Source of the DNA: Acidimicrobiia bacterium
GTDB lineage: Bacteria; Actinomycetota; Acidimicrobiia; IMCC26256; JAOSJM01
Assembly: GCA_027494165.1 (NCBI GenBank)
Contig: JAOSJM010000008.1
Span: forward strand, 10,217 to 74,216
DNA: 64,000 nt
Direction: 5' to 3'
The stretch's first letter is position 1. Every line of letters starts with the position of its first letter. Under the pieces are notes generated by a model. It worked only from the letters and a program-made list of their open reading frames with translations, had not been told where the DNA came from and did not search any database. Positions 1-8,856 of this stretch are shown in pieces. A program made the position numbers and the translations under genes.

Positions 1-1564
1 CGGGGCCGGTCGGGGCGGCACGCTCCGGTCCCGCGGAGTCCGCGGGTCCCGCCTCGGGGTTCGTCGCGGCCCGGGTGAGAGGCGTCGTGGCGTAGGCCGC
101 CGAGCCGAGCAGGGCCCCCGCCAGACCCAGCGCGAGGGCTCCCGTCCCGAGGCGGGGCGCGGCGCGCCGCCCACCCGCCACGGGGAGGTACCGGGCGGCC
201 AGGAAGCCGGCGACCCCGATCGCGGTGACGACGACGACGAGCGGGACCAGCCACGGGTTCCAGCCGGGCACCCGGCCCAGGAGCCTCACCGACCACCACG
301 CGGTCACCGCCAGCGCGCCGGCGAGGGTCCAGGTGGCGAGGTGCGAACGGGCGCGCCACAGCGCCACCACACCGCCACCGACGAGCGCGCCCACCGCCGG
401 GCCCATCGCCGTCACGTAGTACGGGTGGAAGATGCCCTCGGCGAACGAGAAGACCGCGACGTGGACGGCGAGCCACCCGCCCCAGAGGACGAACGCGGCC
501 CGCCGGGCGTCGGTGCGCGGGGCCCGGCGCGTCGCCACCAGGCCGGCGGCGAGCCCCACCGCGGCGAGCGGCAGCAGCCAGGAGATCTGGTCGCCGGTCC
601 CGTCGTCGAACATCCGGGACCATCCCGGACCGTCGTCGAACGGGTTGGCACCCACGCCGGGGCCGCCTCCGGGCCCTCCGCCCTCCTCCCCGAAGACCCG
701 CCCGAGGCCGTTGTAGCCGACCACGAGGTCGAGCACCGTGTTGTCCTCGGACCCACCCACGTACGGACGGCTCTCCGCCGGCCAGAGGTCCACGACCGCG
801 AGCCACGAGGCCGAGACGGCCAGGAGCACGAGCCCGGACACCGCGAGCTGGCGGAGCCGGACGAGGAGGCGGGGCGGCCCGAGCAGCAGGTACGGGAGCA
901 CGAGGGCGGGGACGACCACCCAGGCCTGGAGCATCTTGGTGTTGAAGCCGAGGCCCACCAACGCCATGGCCAGCACCAGCCAGCGACCGCTCCCCGTCTC
1001 CAGCGCCCGGGTCGTGGCGTAGGCGGCCCCCACGAGGAACAGGACCATGAGCGTGTCGGGGATGTTCCAGCGGTTCACGGCCACGACCACCGGGGTGACG
1101 GCCAGGACGAGGGCAGCCAGGGCGGCGGCGGCGTGGCCGAGGGCCCGGCGGACCGTGGCGTGGAGCACCCCGACCGCGGCCACTCCCGCGGCCGCCTGCG
1201 GGAGCAGGATCGACCAGCCCGAGAACCCGAAGATCCGGGCCGAGGCGACCCCGAGCCAGATCGCGAGGGGTGGCTTGTCGACGGTGATGAACCCGGCGGA
1301 GTCGAGGGCGCCGAAGAAGGCCGCCTTCCAGCTCCGGGTCCCCGAGAGGACCGCGGCGGCGTAGTAGTCGTTCCCGGTCCCGTTGGCGCCGAGTCCCCAG
1401 GTGTAGAAGGCGGCGGCGAGCGCGAGGACCGCGAGGAGCGCCGGGCGCGACCAGGCCGGGTCACCCGGCCGGCCACGCAGCAGGCGCCGGAGCCGGCCGG
1501 CCCGGGCCGGCTCCGGGTCGGCAGCCCCCGCCGGGAGCAGCTCGTCGGTCGCTCCTCCGGTCAC
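1..1564 (-). CDS. GT-C fold membrane glycosyltransferase (ArnT/PMT-like, GT39/GT83 type); C-terminus runs off the window
   Basis: Not in the ORF track because no stop lies in the window. The reverse strand is open from GTG at 1564 to base 1 and reads VTGGATDE..WSRPALLAVLALAAAFYTWGLGANGTGNDYYAAAVLSGTRSWKAAFFGALDSAGFITVDKPPLAIWL.., then many TM segments. The DKPPL loop motif is typical of lipid-carrier-dependent GT-C enzymes. Confidence 0.75.
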   Translation of the reverse strand, partial: MTGGATDELLPAGAADPEPARAGRLRRLLRGRPGDPAWSRPALLAVLALAAAFYTWGLGANGTGNDYYAAAVLSGTRSWKAAFFGALDSAGFITVDKPPLAIWLGVASARIFGFSGWSILLPQAAAGVAAVGVLHATVRRALGHAAAALAALVLAVTPVVVAVNRWNIPDTLMVLFLVGAAYATTRALETGSGRWLVLAMALVGLGFNTKMLQAWVVVPALVLPYLLLGPPRLLVRLRQLAVSGLVLLAVSASWLAVVDLWPAESRPYVGGSEDNTVLDLVVGYNGLGRVFGEEGGGPGGGPGVGANPFDDGPGWSRMFDDGTGDQISWLLPLAAVGLAAGLVATRRAPRTDARRAAFVLWGGWLAVHVAVFSFAEGIFHPYYVTAMGPAVGALVGGGVVALWRARSHLATWTLAGALAVTAWWSVRLLGRVPGWNPWLVPLVVVVTAIGVAGFLAARYLPVAGGRRAAPRLGTGALALGLAGALLGSAAYATTPLTRAATNPEAGPADSAGPERAAPTGP

Positions 1565-1610
1565 GCCCGCGGCCGGGGAGTCCGGGGACGGTCGCACGGC
1601 CGGTCCACGG

Positions 1611-2900
1611 TCACGCCCGCCGCCCCGGGTCGAAGACCCACGAGCGGAGCAGCGCGAAGCGGGTGAGCGTGGCCACCACGTTGGCGCCGAGGAGCGCGGC
1701 GAGCTCGGCGAGCCGGGGCGGGTCGGGCCACACCGCGTCGGTGGCCACCAGGGCGGCGGCCGAGAGGGCCAGGGCGAGCACGAACACCGCCGCGGCCTCC
1801 GCGTGGTCGCGCAGGAGGCGCCGGGTCCCCGACACCCCGAACGTGAACCAGCGGTTGAGCGACGTGTTGACGACCGTCATCACGACGAGGCTGCCGGCGT
1901 TGGCGGCCTGGGGCCCCCACCATCCCCGGAGCAGGGCGTACAGGGCCAGGTAGCCGGCGGTGCAGAGCAGGCCGACGCCGGCGAAGCGGAGGAGCTGGTG
2001 GTGGAGCCGGGCCGACCGGGCCCGGGGGCTGGGGACGTCGACCCGGAACCGGCCCGCGGCGACGCGTCCCAGGACCCGCCCGAGGCCGCGCAGGTCCTCG
2101 AGGGCCGTGCTCACGATCCGCACCCGCGAGTCGGGGTCGTCCACCCAGTCGACCGGCACCTCGTGGATCCGCAGCCCGTTGTGCTGGGCGAGCAGCAGGA
2201 GCTCGGTGTCGAAGAACCAGCGGTCGTTCTCGACGGCCGGGAGCAGCGCCTGCACCACCTCGCGCCGCCCGGCCTTGAAGCCGCACTGGGCGTCCCGGAA
2301 CCGGGCCCGGGCCACCGTGCGCAGGAGCCGGTTGTACGCGCGGGAGATCAGCTCCCGCTTCGGGCCCCGGGCCACCCGGGCGCCGGGGAGGAGCCGGCTG
2401 CCGATGGCCAGATCGCTGTGGCCCGACACGAGCGGGGCCACGAGCGGGAGGAGGGCGTCGAGGTCGGTGGAGAGGTCGACGTCGGTGTAGGCCACGACGT
2501 CGGCCCGGCTCGTCCCCCAGACGTGGCGGAGGGCGAGGCCACGACCCTTCTCGTCGAGGTGCACGGCTCGCACGTGCCGCACCGTGGCGGCGAGGCGGCA
2601 GGCGATCCGCCAGGTCCCGTCGGTGCTGCCGTTGTCGGCGATCGTGACCCGGTACCGGAAGGGGAACCGCTCCTCGAGGTGGGTGGTGAGGCGGCGCACG
2701 CAGCGCTCGAGGTCCCGCTCCTCGTCGTGGACGGGGACGACGATCTCGACGAGTGGCCGGGTGTCCCGCTCCCCGACGGCGGCGGCCTCCCGGAGCTCGC
2801 CGCGGGGACGCGGCGCCGGGAGGGGGCCGGACGCCCCGGGAGCCGGGCCGGGGTCCCGGGCGTCCGGCGGGAGGGTGGCGGTGTCGGCGAGCGTCTGCAT
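1611..2900 (-). CDS. GT2 polyprenol-phosphate sugar synthase fused to a C-terminal GtrA-like membrane domain
   Basis: 429-aa ORF with ..VEIVVPVHDEERDLERCV..TIADNGSTDGT..AYTDVDLSTDL..RDAQCGFKA.. (GT2 DxD and catalytic region). A 4-TM GtrA-like tail follows (LLRFAGVGLLCTAGYLALY..NRWFTFG). GGAGGA sits 6 nt upstream of ATG 2900. Confidence 0.85.
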   Translation of the reverse strand: MQTLADTATLPPDARDPGPAPGASGPLPAPRPRGELREAAAVGERDTRPLVEIVVPVHDEERDLERCVRRLTTHLEERFPFRYRVTIADNGSTDGTWRIACRLAATVRHVRAVHLDEKGRGLALRHVWGTSRADVVAYTDVDLSTDLDALLPLVAPLVSGHSDLAIGSRLLPGARVARGPKRELISRAYNRLLRTVARARFRDAQCGFKAGRREVVQALLPAVENDRWFFDTELLLLAQHNGLRIHEVPVDWVDDPDSRVRIVSTALEDLRGLGRVLGRVAAGRFRVDVPSPRARSARLHHQLLRFAGVGLLCTAGYLALYALLRGWWGPQAANAGSLVVMTVVNTSLNRWFTFGVSGTRRLLRDHAEAAAVFVLALALSAAALVATDAVWPDPPRLAELAALLGANVVATLTRFALLRSWVFDPGRRA

Positions 2901-3037
2901 GGTCGTCCTCCTGTCCTGCCCGGGAGGATCGGGGACGGGGGTGGGAACGACCTGGGCGGCACCTGGGAGGCGGCTGGGAATCGGGGGCCGGGCCGCCCGT
3001 CGGATCCGCCGCCGGCCCCGGATAGGCTCCCGCGCCG

Positions 3038-4033
3038 ATGGCCCTGCTCCCCCTGCGCACGCGCCGCGACGGCGTCCTCGGCCGCCTCGACGCGTTCGAC
3101 GAAGCGGTCGACGCGTGGCTCGAGCCCCGCCGCTCCGCGACCCTCGACCACGCGTTCTTCGCGCTCTCCAGCGCCGCCGACCACAGCCTCCTGTGGCTCG
3201 CGATCGGGGCGGCGAAGGCCGCCCGCTCGGGCGAGGTGCGGCCCGCGCTGCGGCTCGGCGCCGCGCTCGGCATCGAGTCGGCCCTCACGAACGGCGTCGT
3301 GAAGACCCTGTTCGGGCGGGTGCGCCCGTCCACACCACCGCCGGGGCCGCTCCCCTACGGCCTGCACCGGCCGATCACGAGCTCGTTCCCCTCCGGACAC
3401 GCCACCGCGGCCTTCACCGCCGCGACGTTCCTCGCCGAGGACAGCGCCTGCGCCCCGGCCTGGTACGGCCTCGCGACGCTGGTGGCCGCGAGCCGCGTGT
3501 ACGTGCGCATGCACCACGCCTCCGACGTGGTCGCCGGGGCCGCCCTCGGGATCGCCGTGGGCCACGCGCTGCGCCGGGCCCTCCCGCGCCCCGCCGACCC
3601 GGCCCACGGGCGCGACCCGCGCGCCGTCACCCCCGGGGGTCAGCGGCTCCCCGCCCCCGTGGGCCACCCGGGCCCCGACCGCGTCCGCCCACTCGTCGAA
3701 GCCGGGGTCCAGCCACCGTTCGTGGCGGCAGCTCCGCTGCAGGTCGACCACGTAGAGGTGGAGGGTGGGGGCTTCCTCGGCCAGCTCGACGAGGGCCCCG
3801 GCCCGGGGTGGGGAGGAGCCTTGGCGAGCAGCTCGGCGAGGGCCACCACGGCGAGCACCCGGCTCCCGCAGCGCGGGCAGGCGCTCACCGTCGCCCCTTC
3901 GAGCCCGTCGGTGAGCGCCAGGAGCGCCTCGGCCTCCTCGGCGTCGAGGACGACCTCCACGCCGTCGTCGTCGACGAACGCGAGGGCCTCGGTGGCGTGG
4001 GGGAGCGGCGACGGGGGCACGTCCGAACCGTAG
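3038..4033 (+). CDS. PAP2-family lipid phosphate phosphatase; the domain is about 3038-3600 and the true 3' end is uncertain
   Basis: PAP2 motifs KTLFGRVRP, PSGH and SRVYVRMHHASD are present. The frame has no stop until 4033, but the last ~130 aa are low-complexity and antisense to a protein-like reverse ORF. The real stop is probably displaced by an indel. Confidence 0.7.
   Translation: MALLPLRTRRDGVLGRLDAFDEAVDAWLEPRRSATLDHAFFALSSAADHSLLWLAIGAAKAARSGEVRPALRLGAALGIESALTNGVVKTLFGRVRPSTPPPGPLPYGLHRPITSSFPSGHATAAFTAATFLAEDSACAPAWYGLATLVAASRVYVRMHHASDVVAGAALGIAVGHALRRALPRPADPAHGRDPRAVTPGGQRLPAPVGHPGPDRVRPLVEAGVQPPFVAAAPLQVDHVEVEGGGFLGQLDEGPGPGWGGALASSSARATTASTRLPQRGQALTVAPSSPSVSARSASASSASRTTSTPSSSTNARASVAWGSGDGGTSEP
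3640..4020 (-). CDS. Small hypothetical protein with CPRC motif; reading needs two compensating frame changes as sequenced
   Basis: From GTG 4020: VPPSPLPHATEALAFVDDDGVEVVLDAEEAEALLALTDGLEGATVSACPRCGSRVLAVVALAELLAKAPPHP. The protein-like reading then continues in another frame (LVELAEEAPTLHLYVVDLQRSCRHERWLDPGFDEWADAVGARVAHG). The junction is in the C/G runs near 3796-3812. A possible return to the first frame is at the C5 run 3654-3658. Confidence 0.35.
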   Translation of the reverse strand: MPPSPLPHATEALAFVDDDGVEVVLDAEEAEALLALTDGLEGATVSACPRCGSRVLAVVALAELLAKAPPHPGPGPSSSWPRKPPPSTSTWSTCSGAAATNGGWTPASTSGRTRSGPGWPTGAGSR

Positions 4034-4069
4034 CGTCCCCGGGACCGGTCGCGCGTAGGCTCCTCCGCC

Positions 4070-5047
4070 GTGCGAGCCGTCGCCATCGGCCCCGGTGGAA
4101 CCCTGGGAATCGTCGACCGCCCCGTCCCCGAGCCGGGCGCCGACGAGGTCCTCGTGCGGGTGCGCGCCGCCGGGCTCAACCGGGCCGACCTGCTCCAGCG
4201 GGCGGGCCGCTACCCGGCCCCGCCCGACGTCCCGGCCGACGTCCCGGGGCTCGAGCTCGCGGGGGAGGTCGCGGCGGTGGGCCCCGAGGTGGTCCGGTGG
4301 GCGCCCGGCGACCGGGTGATGGCCGTCGTCGGCGGCGGTGGGCAGGCCGAGTACGCGCTTGTCCCCGAGGCGCACTGCGTGGCCGTACCCGACGGGCTCG
4401 ACCCGGTCGCGGCCGGCGGGGTGCCCGAGGCGTTCGTCACCGCCCACGACGCCCTCCGGACCCGGGGCCGGCTCGTTGACGGCGAGCGGGTCCTCGTGCA
4501 CGCCGTCGGCTCCGGGGTGGGGACGGCCGCCCTCCAGCTCGCCACGGCGTGGGGGTGCCCGGTGGTGGGGACCGCGCGGACGGCCACGAAGCTGGACCGG
4601 GCCACCGGGCTGGGGCTCGACCACGCGGTGCTCGCCCCGGCCGAGCTCGACCCCGAGGCGCTGGCGGCAGCGGTCGTCGCGCAGGGCGGACCGGTCGACG
4701 TCACGGTGGACCTGGTCGGCGGCCGGTACGTGCAGGCCGACGTCCTCGCCGCGGCCGTCAAGGGCCGGATCGTCCTCGTGGGAGCCCTGGCCGGGGCGCG
4801 CGCGGAGCTGTCCGTGGTGACGGTGATGGGCAAGCGGCTCACCGTGGTCGGCACGGTGCTGCGATCGCGCTCGGCGGCGGAGAAGGCCGAGGCGACCGCC
4901 GCGTTCGCCGCCGAGGTGCTGCCGTTGCTGGCCGACGGGACCGTGGCGCCGGTGGTCGAGGCCGTGGTGCCGATGGTCGAGGTGGAGCGGGCCTACGAGC
5001 TGTTGGCCTCCGACGCCACGTTCGGGAAGGTGATCCTGGCGACCTGA
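4070..5047 (+). CDS. NAD(P)H:quinone oxidoreductase, MDR superfamily (PIG3/Qor-like)
   Basis: 325 aa: MRAVAIGPGG..VLVRVRAAGLNRADLLQRAGRYPAPP..GLELAGEV..VLVHAVGSGVGTAALQLA.. with a typical zeta-crystallin-like MDR layout. Confidence 0.9.
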   Translation: MRAVAIGPGGTLGIVDRPVPEPGADEVLVRVRAAGLNRADLLQRAGRYPAPPDVPADVPGLELAGEVAAVGPEVVRWAPGDRVMAVVGGGGQAEYALVPEAHCVAVPDGLDPVAAGGVPEAFVTAHDALRTRGRLVDGERVLVHAVGSGVGTAALQLATAWGCPVVGTARTATKLDRATGLGLDHAVLAPAELDPEALAAAVVAQGGPVDVTVDLVGGRYVQADVLAAAVKGRIVLVGALAGARAELSVVTVMGKRLTVVGTVLRSRSAAEKAEATAAFAAEVLPLLADGTVAPVVEAVVPMVEVERAYELLASDATFGKVILAT

Positions 5048-5080
5048 GCGCCGTGCCGGTCGCGCCGGGGTCCGTGCCCG

Positions 5081-5747
5081 CTACCCGAAGGTCACCACCA
5101 GCCGGGGGTGGTCCCGCGGTGGCCTCCACGGTGAAGGGTCGCCGGGCGTCGAGCCCGATCACCCAGGTCACGATCCCCTCGAAGTCGCCGGTCTGCCGGA
5201 GCTGCACCACGTGGGCCGTCCCCGAGGGGTCGATGGTCCGGGGGCCCGTGTAGGTCTGGGGCGCGGTCTCGACCGAGAGGTCGACGCCGGCCGCGGGCTC
5301 GAGCCGCACCACCACGAACGCCGAGCCGGCCACGTCGACCGGCCGGCCGGACCCGTCCTCGACGAACGGACCGGTCTCGTAGGCGGCCCGGTACCCGGGT
5401 GAGACGTCGGGGCCCGAGGGCCGGAACGAGAACGTGACCCGGTCGAGGCATCCGGCCGGGGCCACCTCGACGTCGGTGAGGAGCATCGTCGTGGGGGCGC
5501 CGATCGCGGCCGACCGGGCCTCGGTCGAGCCGCCGGGGAGCTCACAGGTGGTCGTCGTGGTGACCTCGACGGCGGTCGTCGTGGTCGCCGGGGCCACGGT
5601 CGTGGTCGGCGCGACGGCCGTCGTGGTCGTGGTGACCGGCGCGGCGGTCGTCGTCGCCGCCGAGCGGTCGGCGTCGCGGTCGTCGCCGTCGTCGCCGCAG
5701 GCGGCGACCGAGGCGACGAGGACCAGCGTCAGCAGCAGGCGGCGCAT
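5081..5747 (-). CDS. Secreted lipoprotein, AMIN-like beta-sandwich family (inference); 1-nt indel near the 3' end as sequenced
   Basis: ATG 5747 is preceded by GGAGGGAGC. The lipobox is MRRLLLTLVLVASVAAC, followed by a Thr/Ala/Val-rich linker. The as-sequenced frame reads on to 4839, antisense into the previous gene. Removing one G from the G5 run 5104-5108 gives ..TVEATAGPPRLVVTFG-stop at 5081. Confidence 0.6.
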
Positions 5748-5894
5748 GGGGCTCCCTCCGTCGCGGGCCCACCATCTTCGTCCAGCACGGCGGGCCGGGG
5801 GGCACCGTCGTCGGGCGGCCGGGCCGACGGTTCCCCGGCTCCCCCCGGTGCGAGCCCGTCCGGCGGGCTGCGGGGCCGCTGGTAGATTCCGGCC

Positions 5895-6728
5895 GTGGCG
5901 ACGCTGGCAGAGCGTCTCGGGTACGGGCCCGACGCCAAGCTCCTCATCGTGAACTGCGACGACCTCGGCTCGACCCGCTCGGCCAACGTCGCGGTCTACG
6001 AGTCGCTGCGCGACGGGGTCGCCACCTCCGCGACCCTCATGGTCCCCTGCCCCTGGGCCCGCGACGCGGCGGCCATGTACCGGGGCGAGGACGTGGGGGT
6101 GCACCTCACGCTCAACGCCGAGCACGAGACCTACCGGTGGGGGCCGATCACCCACTCCCCCAGCCTCCTCGACGGCGACGGCGGCTTCCCCCGCACGATC
6201 GAGGACGTCTGGGACCACGCCGACCTCGACGAGGTGGCCAAGGAGTGCCGGGCCCAGATCGAGCGGGCCATCTACTGGGGCTTCGACGTCAGCCACCTCG
6301 ACAGCCACATGGGCGCGCTCCAGCTCCGGGCCGACTTCTTCGACGTCTACCTGGGGCTCGCGGTCGAGTTCTCCCTACCCCTGCGCATGGCGAGCGCCTC
6401 GGCCGAGCGGGTCGTGGGGTTCCCCTTCCGGCGGCTGGCCGCCGAGGAGGGGATCGTCTTCCCCGACCACCTCGTCGTCTGCCCCATCGGCGCCCGGCGC
6501 CGGATCGAGCGGGTGCTGTTCGACCTGCGACCCGGGGTCACCGAGGTGTACCTGCACCCGGGGGTCGACACCGACGAGCTCCGGGCCGCCACCCCGAGCT
6601 GGCCGGGGCGGGTCGAGGACCACGCCTTCTGCTGCGAGGACCCGTCGGTGCCCGACCTCGTCGAGCGGGCCGGCGCGGTGCTCGTCGGCTACCGGGAGCT
6701 GCGCGACCTGCAGCGCTCCGGGGAGTGA
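5895..6728 (+). CDS. ChbG/YdjC-family carbohydrate deacetylase
   Basis: 277 aa: KLLIVNCDDLGSTRSANVAVYESL..GVHLTL..VSHLDSHMG, the conserved D-D and H-x-H pattern of the YdjC family. Confidence 0.85.
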   Translation: MATLAERLGYGPDAKLLIVNCDDLGSTRSANVAVYESLRDGVATSATLMVPCPWARDAAAMYRGEDVGVHLTLNAEHETYRWGPITHSPSLLDGDGGFPRTIEDVWDHADLDEVAKECRAQIERAIYWGFDVSHLDSHMGALQLRADFFDVYLGLAVEFSLPLRMASASAERVVGFPFRRLAAEEGIVFPDHLVVCPIGARRRIERVLFDLRPGVTEVYLHPGVDTDELRAATPSWPGRVEDHAFCCEDPSVPDLVERAGAVLVGYRELRDLQRSGE

Positions 6729-6827
6729 CCGGGCCCGCCGAACGCGACGGCGAGGGGGCACTCCTCGCGGCCTGTGTCACCCAGGCGATCATCGACCCGG
6801 CAGCCGATGAAGCGCCGCGTGTCGGGG

Positions 6828-7208
6828 TCAGCGGAGATCTTCGGCGTACCACGGGCCACCGCGGTCGAGCAGCTCGGGGTCACCGGTGAAGAGCGGCGCG
6901 TCGTGGGCAACGGCGGTCGCCGCGGCGAAGGCGTCGCCCAGGGCCATGGGGAACTCGGCCTTGATCCGAGCGGCCTCCCGCACTCGGTGCGGCGTGACCT
7001 CGTCAAGGGCGATCCGGGCGCGGATATCGGCGATCGTGTCATGGGCGACGGCCTCTCCCGAGGCGCGCCACACGATGTAGAAGACCTCACCGAGGTTGAT
7101 CCAGCTCATGACCGCCTCGTCGGCAACCGCGGCTTCGACCCGCCCGGCGGCGGGCTCGGCGCCCTCCAACCAGCGCAGGACCGCCCAGCTGTCGAGGACG
7201 GATCTCAC
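6828..7208 (-). CDS. vapC: PIN-domain toxin VapC (type II toxin-antitoxin)
   Basis: 126 aa, PIN-like (LDSWAVLRWLEG..INLGEVFY..ALGDAFAAATAVAHDAPLFTGDPE). The GTG start overlaps the upstream antitoxin stop as GTGA. Confidence 0.85.
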   Translation of the reverse strand: MRSVLDSWAVLRWLEGAEPAAGRVEAAVADEAVMSWINLGEVFYIVWRASGEAVAHDTIADIRARIALDEVTPHRVREAARIKAEFPMALGDAFAAATAVAHDAPLFTGDPELLDRGGPWYAEDLR

Positions 7209-7420
7209 CGGGGTTCGTCGCGCCGGTCGGCCTCCAGCATCCCGACGAGGTCGTGGTCACGGAGTCGGCCGTACAGGGGTGCACCGCTCGTCGCGGGCTG
7301 GACCTTGACGGTCCGGCCTTCGAGCTCGAAGGTGACCTCGTCGCCCGGGCGGAGACCGAGTCGATCTCGCATGGCCTTCGGGATGACGACCTGGCCCTTC
7401 GGCCCCACCTTCGAAGTCAT
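7205..7420 (-). CDS. vapB: AbrB/SpoVT-type antitoxin VapB
   Basis: MTSKVGPKGQVVIPKAMRDRLGLRPGDEVTFELEGRTVKV is a swapped-hairpin AbrB/MazE fold signature. ATG 7420 is chosen over the longer ORF start. TATACT lies 6 nt upstream. Confidence 0.8.
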   Translation of the reverse strand: MTSKVGPKGQVVIPKAMRDRLGLRPGDEVTFELEGRTVKVQPATSGAPLYGRLRDHDLVGMLEADRRDEPR

Positions 7421-7495
7421 ACTGGCAGTATAACTTTCGGTCACCACCGGAGCGCCGCCCACCGAGCCTGCGGCCGGGCGTCGTCGATCGCCGGT

Positions 7496-7882
7496 TCAGG
7501 CGTCGGCGACGGCCCGGAGCTGCTCGAGCAGCGAACGCCCCACCGGCGAGCTCGCGACACGCAGGAGCTCCAGCACCGGGCCCATCGACCCCGACACCTT
7601 GAGCCGGCCCCGCATGAACGCCACGCTCGGGTCGAGCCGACCCTCGAGGATGGCCAGCGCGTCGTCGTAGCCGACGGTGAGCACGGCGTCGCCGCCGACC
7701 GGCCCTGGCCCGGCCTCGGCCAGCCGTCCGTCCTCGACCACCGTGTGGAGCTTCACGTCGCCCCCGGGGGCCCCGCCCACCGTCCAGTCGAGGCGGGCCG
7801 AGAGCCCCGGCGACGCCACCGGCTCCGCGGCGGTGACCCGCACCAGCTCGGCGAGCCACTCCGGCCCGAGGGGCTCCGCCAC
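7496..7882 (-). CDS. SCP2 sterol-carrier-like domain protein
   Basis: 128 aa ending ..DDALAILEGRLDPSVAFMRGRLKVSGSMGPVLELL, which is SCP2 C-terminal signature-like. Confidence 0.8.
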   Translation of the reverse strand: MAEPLGPEWLAELVRVTAAEPVASPGLSARLDWTVGGAPGGDVKLHTVVEDGRLAEAGPGPVGGDAVLTVGYDDALAILEGRLDPSVAFMRGRLKVSGSMGPVLELLRVASSPVGRSLLEQLRAVADA

Positions 7883-7898
7883 GTGTCCCCTCCTCGCC

Positions 7899-8786
7899 TC
7901 AGCGGGCCCGGGCGCCCGAGCGCAGCCCGGCGAAGAGGTCGTCCTCGACCTCCCCCTCCGGGACGCCGGTGTCGACGAGCGAGCGAGCCAGCACGAACTC
8001 CTCCCACGGGAAGACCTCGCGGATCACGTCGTCGGGGAGCCGCATCCAGAAGCCCTCCGGGTCGACCTGGGTCCGGTGGGCGAGGAGCGCCTCGCGCCGC
8101 TTGTGGAGGAAGTCGCCCACCTCCACGAACGTCGTGAAGCGGTCGTCGCGGTCGGGCAACCCCCGCTCGAACCACTGCCGGTAGGGGCTCTCCTCGCCCC
8201 GGGCCCGGAAGGCGGCGTCGAGCGCCTCGATCCTCCGCCGGGAGAAGCCCGTGTAGTAGAGCTTCAGCGGCTGCCACGGCTCCCCGAGCTCCGGGTAGGC
8301 GTCGGGGTCGCCGGCGGCGTCGAAGGCCGGACCGGAGATCTCGTGGACCCGGATGTGGTCGGGGTGCGGGTAGAACTCCCGGTCCTCCGCGTAGGTCACG
8401 ATCACCTGCGGGCGCTCGGCCCGGATGACGGCGACGAGCTTCCCGACCGCCTCCTCGAGGGGGGCGTTGGCGAAGTTGTCGGGCCGGGCGTTGTCGTCGG
8501 TGTCGGGCATGCCGGAGTCGTGGTACCCGAGCAGGTGCACGGCCCGGTACCCGAGCGCCGCCGCGCTGTTGCGCAGCTCCTGGAGCCGGACGGCCGGGAG
8601 GTTCGCCCGCACCTCGGGCGTGTCCACGGCCGGGTTCAGGACGTCGCCCGCCTCGCCGCCGGTGCAGCACACCAGGACCGCCCCGACGCCCTCGGCCACG
8701 TAGCGCGCCACGCTGCCGCTCCCCTTCGAGGCCTCGTCGTCGGGGTGGGCGTGGACGGTGAGCAGGCAGAGAGGTTGGTCGCTCAT
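7899..8786 (-). CDS. mca: Mycothiol S-conjugate amidase (LmbE/PIG-L deacetylase family)
   Basis: From ATG 8786: MSDQPLCLLTVHAHPDDEASKGSGSVARYVAEGVGAVLVCCTGGEAG..HPDH. This is the AHPDDE zinc motif with Mca-like length (296 aa). It sits in the same long ORF (7899..9308) as the upstream gene only because no stop intervenes. Confidence 0.85.
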   Translation of the reverse strand: MSDQPLCLLTVHAHPDDEASKGSGSVARYVAEGVGAVLVCCTGGEAGDVLNPAVDTPEVRANLPAVRLQELRNSAAALGYRAVHLLGYHDSGMPDTDDNARPDNFANAPLEEAVGKLVAVIRAERPQVIVTYAEDREFYPHPDHIRVHEISGPAFDAAGDPDAYPELGEPWQPLKLYYTGFSRRRIEALDAAFRARGEESPYRQWFERGLPDRDDRFTTFVEVGDFLHKRREALLAHRTQVDPEGFWMRLPDDVIREVFPWEEFVLARSLVDTGVPEGEVEDDLFAGLRSGARAR

Positions 8787-8856
8787 GTTCGGTGCAAGGC
8801 CTCGCGAGCCGGCGGGATTCCCGACCCCCGCCCGCACCCCCGGCCCCACCGCCGCC

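Noticed and set aside
1561-4624. Long reverse-strand ORFs 1561..3333 (590 aa) and 2348..4624 (758 aa)
   Set aside because: Their translations are dominated by R, P, G and A with no domain-like segments. They overlap well-supported genes (GT2-GtrA, PAP2, quinone oxidoreductase) in other frames. Only a short stretch of the second (about 3650-3810) looks protein-like, and it is explained as part of the small frameshifted ORF.
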